Assembly (NCBI RefSeq): GCF_009914755.1
Contig: NC_060930.1
Origin: the human T2T-CHM13v2.0 reference genome, Homo sapiens
Reading direction: 5' to 3' (one strand)
Length of the DNA stretch: 64,000 bases
Shown: positions 53,751-64,000 of the stretch, piece after piece
Position numbering within the stretch: the first letter of the stretch is position 1
Layout: the number at the start of each line of letters is the position of its first letter
Program-made: the position numbers and the translations under genes
The notes under the pieces: generated by a model
Database searches by the model: none
What the model was told of the DNA's origin: nothing
Seen by the model: the letters and a program-made list of their open reading frames with translations, nothing else

Positions 53751-54052
53751 CAGCTTGGAATATTAAACTGACCCTCAAAGGAAAAAAAAAGCCAATAAAA
53801 GGATGCTATCTTGCCAGGACCTTCCAAGGAGCCTCAGAATTGTCTGTTAAGGGAAGGAAAAGGGGAACATTTGATCGACTCACTATCTCCTGTCCCAACC
53901 AGGCAAGGGGACTGTCCATGGGGCACTGATTCCCTCACACTTCCAGTGTGCACTCGCTTGAATGCCAGGTAGGTCTCTGCAGACATCCCACCTTATGCTA
54001 TCCCAGGATAGGATAGTCCCAGGATAAAACATGAGAGTTAAACAGTTCAACT

Positions 54053-54473
<421 letters not shown>

Positions 54474-55110
54474 CTAGACTAAAGACAGGCAAAAGGATGT
54501 GAGGCCAGGCACAGGAGATGGTCAACGTGGGGAGCTTCTAGAGACTCCAATCAGGTCTGTGAGTTCCAGTCCCCACTCCTAGCTCTAGTCACAGTCTTCA
54601 CTTGAACACCCTACCTCCATTCTAAACCTTGATGGCTAGAGTTTGATTTTATTAAGAGAGCTTATCAAGAGGTTTCTTGTAATATACCATTTCTCCTTTG
54701 TCTACCATACTTTCTGCAAGTAACACATAGTTTTGGAAATTCAGGTCAGTTATTTAAAAAACAAAAATAGTAGCTAAGTACAGAGGGTTGTGTGGGAAGC
54801 ACTTCAACTTCCAGACAACATAAGGCTAAGCGCTGTGACACATTTGAAAATAAGTCCTTATTTTTTATCTTTTAGAATGCAGTCATTTGGAGTCCTTCTC
54901 TACCGATGGCTGAAATTACTCATCTAAGGAGAGCCAAATCTGCTCCATCCAGAAATGAAACCCACATAACACTTTATCATCTTTCAGACTCTTGACATTA
55001 ACATATTTTAAATATTTACCTTTTAGTTTTATATTTATTTTGACATTTTATTATATTGCCTGCATGTCCTTTCTGTTCATCTACAACTATATTTTCTTTT
55101 TTCCTTAGAT

Positions 55111-55425
55111 CAGGGATTAGCAAATGATGATCCACTGCCTTGTTTTTGTATGATTTGCAAGATGAGAATGGTTTTCACATTTTAAGTGGTTTCTAGAATG
55201 TCAAAAAAGTAATATTTTGTGTTACATGAAAACTATGTGAAATTCAAATTTAAGCCCATCAGTAAAGTTTCATGGGAACATGGCCATGTTCATTCATTCA
55301 CATACTTTGTATGGTTGCTTTTGCACTGCAAGGGAGATTTAAGTCATTGCAACAAAGACCATATGGCCCTAAAATCCTAAAATGTTCACAATCTGGCCCT
55401 TCACAGAAAAGTTTGCTGACCCCTG
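55111..55425. mobile_element. MER58B-like hAT element (a MER58A-like piece lies at ~58905-59070)
   Basis: Terminal inverted repeats CAGGGATTAGCAAA ... TTTGCTGACCCCTG. Confidence 0.85.
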
Positions 55426-55978
55426 CCCTGAATGACAAAAGGATGCTTGTTTAGTTTCCTTCATGTATTACCTAGCCTTAGGGTTCCAGGCACTTGAAAC
55501 TGCTTTCTAATGAAGATAATAATTCATATGTGTCACTAGAATTGGTTTTGACAAGGCCACTCAAAATCTATTAGATAGGAAATGGTTTTACTAAAGTTGT
55601 TTTATAATCTACAAATCAAGTACATAGTGTATGTAAAATAAATGTTTATCAGATAAATTAATGAGTGAATAACTCTGGCAAATCTGGTAGTGTGTGACCT
55701 CAGCAAGAAGCCAAGGAAAAGCATACTTGTTTCTGCCTCACATTTGCACAGAGCTTGATGACACATACTTCAAAAAGCATATTCTTATCTGAGATTACAA
55801 AGTCTTTCACAATGACTGTATAGGAGATAAAGTGGAGGGAAAAACACCCTCTTCCTAGAGGGAGTATCATAGAATAACAGAACTGGAAGGGAAACATTTC
55901 ATGCAGCTGCTGACTTTAAGCAGGACTACGCTGGAATCATTCCCAAAAGATAAGTTTGCTCTTTAATACTAATAATTA

Positions 55979-56297
55979 GGCCAGGTGCAGTGGCTCATGC
56001 CTGTAATCCCAGCACTTTGGGAGGCTGAGGTGGGTGGATCATCTGAGGTCAGGGGTTCAAGACTAGCCTGGCCAACATGGTAAAGCCCCCGTTCTACTAA
56101 AAATACAAAAATTAGCTGGGCGTGGTGGTGTGCACCTGTAGTCCCAGCTACTTGGGAGGCTGAGGCAGGAGAATAGCTTGAACCCCAGGAGGTGGAGGTT
56201 GCAGTGAGCCAAGATCATGACACTGCACTCCAGCCTGGGTGACAGAGTGAGACTCCATCTCAAAAAACAAAACAAAACAAAACAAACAAACAAAAAC
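55979..56297 (+). mobile_element. AluS
   Basis: Full dimer, TSD TAATAATTA. Confidence 0.9.
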
Positions 56298-56376
56298 TTA
56301 ATAATTATCCAGAGACACAACTTCCTGGGCTTAGATATTTCAGAATATCACAACTAAACTCTTAAAAATTTCTGAA

Positions 56377-57043
56377 GGCTGGACACCGTGGCTCACACCT
56401 ATAATCCCAGCACTTTGGGAGGCTGAGGCAGGCAGATTGACTGAGCTCAGGAGTTCAAAACCAGCCTGGGCAACATGGCGTAACCTCGTCTCTACAAAAA
56501 ATGCAAACATTTGCTGGGCTTGGTGATGTGTGCCTGCAGTCCCAGCTACTTGGGAGGCTGAGGCAGGAGAATCGCTAGAACCCATGAGGTGTAGGCTGCA
56601 GTGAGTCATGTTTGCACCACTGCAGTCCAGCCTGGGTGACAGTGTGTATTAGTTTGTTTTCATGCTGCTGATAAAGACATACCTGAAACTGGGAACAGAA
56701 AGAGGTCTAATTGGACTTACAGTTCCACATGACTGGGGAGGCCTCAGAATCATGGTGAGAGGTGAAAGGCACTTCTTACATTGGCAACAAGAGAAAAATG
56801 AGGAAGAAGCAAAAGCAGAAACCCCTGATAAGCCCATCAGATCTCATGAGACTTATTCACTATCACAAGAATAGCACAGGAAAAATCAGCCCCCATGATT
56901 CAATTACCTCCCACTAAGTCCCTCCTACAACGTGTCGGAATTCTGGGAGATACAACTCGAATTGAGATTTCAGTGGGGACACAGCCAAACCATATCAGAG
57001 CGAGACCCCATCTCAAAAGAAAGAAAGAAAGAAAGAAAGAAAA

Positions 57044-57079
<36 letters not shown>

Positions 57080-57083
57080 AAAA
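56377..57083 (+). mobile_element. Alu split by a THE1 LTR, with (GAAA)n tail
   Basis: Alu breaks at GGGTGACAGTG (56644) and resumes GAGCGAGACCCCATCTC at 56998. Confidence 0.88.
56645..56997 (-). mobile_element. THE1-family solo LTR
   Basis: TGTATTAGT...GCTGCTGATAAAGACATACC...CAGCCAAACCATATCA. Confidence 0.92.
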
Positions 57084-57342
57084 AGTTCTTCTTGCTCTTC
57101 AGCTTAATTCTTCATGCAGTAGTATAAGAATACTTTTAAAACCATTCATTCAATAACTTTATACACAGCATTTGCCTTAAAGTTTGATAGTTATGTCTCC
57201 TTTCTCCTAGTCATCTTATTCTCAGTTTGAGGGGTAGTGTTTGACATATTTTTGTATGTTTAAAAGTTACCACCATCACTACTATCCCCAGTACTCACTA
57301 GAATGGGAATTAATACATTGTGATAGTAAGAATATTAAACTT

Positions 57343-57630
57343 TGTTTAATCCATTTAGGCTGCTATAACTAAATACAATAAACTGACCTATTTATAACTG
57401 AGTACATAACTGGGTACTGTAAATAACAGTTGTTTTTTTTTTTCTCACAGTCTAGAGGTAGGGAGTCCAAGATCAAGGTGCTGGCAGATTCAGTGGGTGT
57501 CTGGTGAGAGCCTGCTTTCTCATAGATGGCACCTAATCACCTCTCAAAGACACCAACTCTTAATACTATCACATTGGACATCAGGTTTCAACACATGAAT
57601 TTTTGGGAGACACAAACATTCAGACCATAT
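57343..57630 (-). mobile_element. MLT1A/MST-type LTR, internally deleted
   Basis: GGCTGCTATAAC...GTCCAAGATCAAGGTGCTGGCAGATT...CAAACATTCAGACCATA. Confidence 0.8.
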
Positions 57631-57643
57631 TAGACTTGGGGTC

Positions 57644-58001
57644 TGATGTGGTTTGGCTCTGTGTCCCCACTCAAATCTCATCTCGCATGGTAATCCCTAC
57701 ATGTGGAGGGAGGTGTACCTGGTGGGAGGTGTTTGGATCACGGGGGCAGTTTCCCCCATGCTGTTCTCAAGATAGTGAAGGAGTTATCACGAGATCTGAT
57801 GGTTTTAAAGGTGACAGTTTTTTCTGCACTCACTCTCCTGCTGCCTTCTGAAGAAGGTGACTGCTTCCCCTTCTGCCATGATCATAAGTTTCCTGAGGCT
57901 TCTCCAGCCATGGGGAACTGTGAGTCAATGAAAATTCTTTCTTCATAAATTACCCAGTCTCAGATATTATTTTTATAGCAGTGTGAGAACGGACTAATAC
58001 A
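57644..58001 (+). mobile_element. THE1/MST solo LTR
   Basis: TGATGTGGTTTGGCTCTGTGTCCCCAC...ACTAATACA; TSD GGGTC/GAGTC. Confidence 0.9.
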
Positions 58002-59109
58002 GAGTCTAAAAGTCAAGATATGAGTTCTGGCTTGAGATGGTGCCTGCCATCTAATGGATGCTTGGTGAGTATTAGTAACTTTTGGTCTTGTTTTCTGTGA
58101 ACCTGGATGATTTACTGACTATTTCTGAACTTCATCTATGACATGTGAGAAGAAAATACTTTCTGAGTTGATATGGATATCAAATGATGTTTCTGAAAAT
58201 GCTCACTAACCTAGGAAGCATTATATAATTTCAAATTATTGTGACAAAATAAGAATTCAAAAATACAAGAAAAGTGTCTGCAAATGGCAATATAAATTAA
58301 AAGGTCAGTCAATTATCTTTGGCCCCTGTCCTCTCCCTGCCCACCACTAGATTTAAGAGAGAGAAGATCCTTACTCTTGACTCAATAAACACAGAGCTTG
58401 GAGTCTATGCTGGAGGCCAGCCTGTTTCATTCAGGTCAATATGTAACTTCAGCAGGAACCAGGGACCCCCAGTTAATTCCAAATGAGGATTCTGACTGAG
58501 CTGGAAAGTGCACTGGAGCTTTTTAAAACAGGTGCACAGAAATTTTATTTTTCTAAAAATGTGCTTTATTAGAAGTGATGATTTATTATGTCAATCATAT
58601 ATTACAAATTACTTTGCCCAATGATATAAGCAAAACACATAGATTTTTCTAAACAGGCTTATTTGATCAGAGGTTAAGAGAACAGCCCAGCTCTGGCTGT
58701 TTTATACTAGAATATAAAGACCTAGGGGGAAAACCCACTTAAATAGGTATTAATTATTGCAAATCTCTCAAAAAAAAAAGCACTTGGTTTTAACCATTAT
58801 TAATACATTTTAGCCCATGTTTTTCATAAAGGGGCCATGGTTTTGTTTTAGATTTAAATTTAAGACTTTGTTTTATTTCTGTTTATCTTGAGTTTGAGGG
58901 CAATATTTTGGCTGGTCTGTAAAGGTTTTTGTCCCAACTACTCAATATGCTATGGTAGGGTGAAAGCAGCCACGAACAATATGTAAATGAATGGGCATGG
59001 CTGTGTTCCAAAGAAACTTTACTTACAAAACAAATGTCCAGTCTGCAGACTCTAGTCTTCTGACTCCCATTCTATACCAATAAGTAAAGATCACAGGAGC
59101 CCCTTACAT

Positions 59110-59289
59110 TTACACAGAAGTGTAAGCAGTACACAATAGTCCTGTCTCAGAGCTATGCCAAGTCTCTAGCTCTCAGTCTTAATCTAGCCCTTAGGAACTT
59201 TGATAGTCCTGTCATCCTGTAGGGCTTCACACTGGCCCACTACATTAGTGACATAATGATGACTGGACCAAGTGAGAGGAATTCACATT

Positions 59290-59333
<44 letters not shown>

Positions 59334-59500
59334 CACACATATATATTTATATGTGTGATAGAAGGTGGAAAATAATCTCCCAACAAACTTCAGGGCCTGC
59401 CAACTTGGTAAACTGTCTAGGAATCTAATGGTTCGAGACATGTCAAGATGTTATCTCAGGGAAAAACTAAATTTCTGCAACTTGCCTCCCCTATCAATAA
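59110..59500 (+). mobile_element. ERV-L pol (reverse transcriptase) remnant split by (TA)n at 59293-59331
   Basis: GTCCTGTCTCAGAGCTAT (VLPQGY-like) and CACTACATTAGTGACATAATGATGACTGGACCAAGTGAG = HYISDIMMTGPSE, a decayed HYIDDIML motif. Confidence 0.7.
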
Positions 59501-59796
59501 GAACAACCCCAAACTCATGCTATATACAGTCTCAAAAAATTACCTGACTACCCTTGAGGGTAATAAGTCATATATGATTTGTTGGTACTCAGCACTATTT
59601 CTATTTCCTTTGATACTCACCCCTTCATGTCAGGGGCTGATGAATGAGAACTGTCTTTTCATAGTCCCTGTAAACCAAATACAGTTTAGATTCTGCCCAT
59701 GAGGTGTACTTGTGCTTAAATTACAAGGCAGAAGACAGAATCCATTCCTCTTTCTTCAATTGTGTTGGTTGACATGTGGACTTAAGAAGATGTAAC

Positions 59797-59962
59797 TATT
59801 TTTTTTGGGGGGGGGACAGGGTCTCACTCCATCACCCAGACTGGAGTGCAGTGGGACCACCATAGCTCACTGTGGACTCGACCTCCTAACCTCAAGCAAT
59901 CGTACCACCTCAAGCCTCCCAAATTGCTGGGATTACAGATGTGAGCCATTGTACCCCGCCCG
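59797..59962 (-). mobile_element. Short Alu (monomer-length or internally deleted)
   Basis: Right-arm start joined to left-arm end. Confidence 0.8.
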
Positions 59963-60699
59963 AAGTTGTGACTTTTTGCAGCAACTTCTATATTCCCTTG
60001 TGTCGTTCACCCCAGGACTTCAGGGCAATCATGACTATTGATTTCAGTCTCTTACATCCTCCTGACTTCTGCATGAAAGCAAGAAGTTTCAGATTCTTTG
60101 GACTGTGAATGTGAAAGCTGGTGGCAGCTCCTCCGACTTTCATTCCTTATGCCCTTGCAAAAATTTATAAGTACAGTACCTATACCTAATTCTCTGTAAA
60201 TTAAAGCCTTTTATCTTTAAATATTTAAATTGACTTCCATTTTTCCGGCTGAGACTTGACTGCTTGCAAGAATGAGAAAATTCATTTTTGCATTTTTTAT
60301 AATATTTAATATTTCTTGATGAAATGCAATAGGATAAATGGCTACATATTTTTAATACCATATTCTAATCATTTTATTTATCATAAAGCCCTTCATGACA
60401 TCATTATATTTCTTATAATGGCACAGATCATTCCTGTTTGTGTCTAAACCTCAAGCAAACTAGTCCTCCTAAAGGATTAGTACACAGTATTAGCACTCAC
60501 TACCATCTGGCTGTCTGTTACAAAGATATAAACAAGATATTAGTTGAGATAAACAATTCTTGTTGTTTTAATATCATACACAATTTGATTCTATGTCCTG
60601 GGGCCACTTGGGCATCATCTTTCGGTAAATAACCTCAAGAGTTTAGACAATAGTAAAATGTTGTAAAATAATTAGAAAGTGATATGTTTGCATATTTAT

Positions 60700-61320
60700 T
60701 ACATTTTTTAAATTAACAGCTTATGGAGATACAATTCATACACCACACAGATCATCCATTTAAAGTATACAGTTCAACAGTTTTTAGAATATTTATATAG
60801 AGTTTTGCAGCCATCACCACAATCTAATTTCAGAACATTTTCATCATTCCAAAGATAAAACCCCATAACCCTTAGCAGCCACACCCCTCTCCCAGCCCTA
60901 GGCAAACACCTATCTACTTTCTGTCCCTGTGGATTTGCTATACTGGACATTTCTAATTTCCCCACACCCTTGCCAGCATTTTTTATTGTCTGTCTTTTAA
61001 AATTATAGCCAACCTAGTGCCTGCCACTCGGGGTTCAAGTGATTCTCCTGCCTCAACCCCCTGAGTACCTGGGACTACAAGTGCATGTCATCATGCTGAG
61101 CTAATTTTTGTATTTTTAGTAGAGACGGGGTTTCACCATGCAGGCTGGTCTCGAACTTCTGATGTCAGGTTATCTGCCTGCCTCAGCCTCCCAAAATGTT
61201 GGGACTACAAGCATGAGCCACTGTACCCAAAATCCTTTATCTGTTTTTTAATCGGATTTTGTATTATTATTGAATTATAGGAGGTTTTTATATACATCCT
61301 GGATATACGTTTCTATCAGA
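60700..61320 (-). mobile_element. L1MB-type 3' end with a partial Alu (61020-61230); L1 resumes at 63378-63900 around an AluS (-) at 63495-63785
   Basis: CAGAACATTTTCATCA...CTACTTTCTGTCCCTGTGGATTTG; GATTTGCAAATATTTTCTCCCA. Confidence 0.8.
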
Positions 61321-61350
61321 TATAAAAGGGGACTTCAAAAAGTTCGTGGA

Positions 61351-61755
<405 letters not shown>

Positions 61756-61859
61756 TTATTTAGTCCATCTCTAAATAATTGAGATTCCTGAGAATTTAAC
61801 TATGTCAATGTAGTTTTTCTTACATTATTAACTGAAGAAAAATGGATGCCTTTTAAAGG

Positions 61860-62852
61860 CTTTTTTGTTTTGCTTTGTTTAGTTATAGAGACAGGGTCTC
61901 ACGCTGTTACCCAGGCTGGAGTGCAGTGGTACAATCTTAGCTCTCTGTAATCTCAACCTCCTGGGCTCCAGTAATCCTCTTACCTCAGCCTCCAGAGTAG
62001 CTGGGACTATAGGTGTGTGCTACAACACCTAGCTAATTTTATTTTATTTTTTTTTTGAGACGGAGTCTCACTCTGTTGCTCAGGCTAGAGTGCAGTGGTG
62101 TGATCTGGGCTCACTGCAACCTCTGCCTCCCAGGTTCAAGGAATTCTCCTGCCTCAGCCTCCTGAGTAGCTGGGATTACAGGTCGCTGACACCACCCCCA
62201 GCTAAATTTTTTTTTGTATTTTTAGTAGAGACGGGGTTTCACCATGTTGGCCAGGCTGGTCTTGAACTCCTGACCTCAAGTGATCCGCCCATCTTGGCCT
62301 CCTAAAGTGCTGGGATTATAGGTGTAAGCCACTGAACTCAGACAAGTTTTATCTGTAAAATTTAGACTGGGTAAAAACAGCATAAAGACGTACAACTAAT
62401 AAAAGCCAGTAGGAGATTGTCCGGGTGTGGTGGCTTACGCCTGTAATCCCAGCACTTTGGGAGGCTGAGACGGGTGGATCACTTGAGGTCAGGGGTTCGA
62501 GACCAGCCTGGACAATATGGTGAAACCCCATCTCTCCTAAAAACACAAAAAACAAAAAAAATAGCCAGGTGTGGTGGCAGGCACATGTAATCCCAGCTAC
62601 TCAGGGGGCTGAGGCAGGAGAATCGCTTGAACCCAGGAGGCAGAGATTGCAGTGAGCCAAGATTGCGCACTGCACTCCAGCCTGGGTGACAGAGGGAGGC
62701 TCCGTCTCAAAAAAAAAAAAAAAAAAAAAATTGTTTTTGTAGCAATGAGTTCTCACCATGTTGCCCAAGTTGGTCTCAAGCTCCTGGCCTCAAACAATGC
62801 TTCCACTCGGGCTTCCAAAGCACTTTGATTATAGGCATGAGCCACTGAGCCC
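61860..62852. mobile_element. Alu cluster: AluJ right arm (-), AluS (-) 62047-62340, 80-bp spacer, AluS (+) 62420-62730, AluJ-type left arm (-)
   Basis: Alu consensus matches in the stated orientations. Confidence 0.85.
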
Positions 62853-63503
62853 TCAACTTTAATTTTTCAATCAGGAGCATGTAAGCTGAACCAATTGAGA
62901 TGCCTATGGTATTGATATTGTTTCTGCTGTTATTTGTCAATCCTCTTCAGATAGGGCAAGAGCAAGATTAATTTTTTTCCTTGAAAATTGATGTGATGGT
63001 CTCCCACTGTAGGCTTTTTCTTTAAAATTGTCTCATCCCTTCTTAAACCAAGTTATCCATTTGTAAACTGCTGATTTCTTTGGGAAATTGTTCTCGTTAA
63101 CTTTTTGTAAATCATTAATGATTTCACCATTCTCTCACCAAAATTTCACCATAAATTTGATGTTTATTCTTGCTTCAATTTTAGCAGAAGTCATATTGCT
63201 CTGATAGAAGCTCTTTTCAAACTGATGTCTTAGCCTTCTTAGTGTCCCAATGTAGATCCTCTTCAGATATTTTATAACAAGTTAGTATGAGTTTATTTTG
63301 GTGCAAAAACAACTTGAAATCCATGCATAATGTTTTCATAATATGCATTTTCCATGAACTTTTTGAAGGCCCTTGTATGATTTGCAAATATTTTCTCCCA
63401 TTATATCGGCTGTACTTTCACTTTCTTGATAGTGTCCTTTGAAGCATGAAACTTTTAAATTTTGATTTATGTATTTATTTTAGTTTTAGTTATATTTTTT
63501 TGA

Positions 63504-63608
<105 letters not shown>

Positions 63609-64000
63609 TGAGTAGCTGGGATTACAGGCATGCGCCACCATACCGAGCTAATTTTTGTATTTTTAGTAGAGGTGGGGTTTCTCCATGTTGGTCAGGCTGG
63701 TCTCGAACTCCCGACCTCAAGTAATCTGCCCACCTCAGCCTCCCAAAGTGCTGGGATTATAGGCATGAGCCATTGCGCCCGGCCTATTTAATTTTTCTTT
63801 TGTGGTTTGCACTTTTGATGTCATGTCGTATTTAAAAAATCATTGCCTAATCCAAAGCAGAGAGATTAACTCCTATGTTTTCTTCTAAGAGTTTTATAGT
63901 TACCATTGTTTTAAATATAATTTATTTGATTATGTCTCCCTAATTTAATTTTTAATAATAGCTGGACTTAATAACCAGCACTCAAGATTCCTGAAAGTTT

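Overview
Primate (most likely human) genomic DNA, mostly interspersed repeats, with no intact protein-coding ORF. A CpG island at about 11.7-13.0 kb holds the promoter and non-coding first exon of a minus-strand gene, which I recognise from memory as EPB41L2 (protein 4.1G; not verified by search). Positions 1-12.5 kb are therefore its intron 1 and 13-64 kb are upstream intergenic DNA. The main oddity is a 1.8-kb HERV-K(HML-6)/LTR3 provirus. It has two LTRs, a Lys3 primer-binding site, a polypurine tract and a 6-bp target-site duplication (TSD), and its internal region looks like a doubly spliced rec-type RNA. Also notable: a full-length L1PA carrying a ~245-bp 3' transduction inside an older L1, a piggyBac-derived MER85, an Hsmar2 relic with an Alu cluster where its middle is missing, a fold-back duplication inside L1 ORF2, and an 84-nt near-perfect hairpin. 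Repeat subfamily calls and many boundaries are by eye and approximate.
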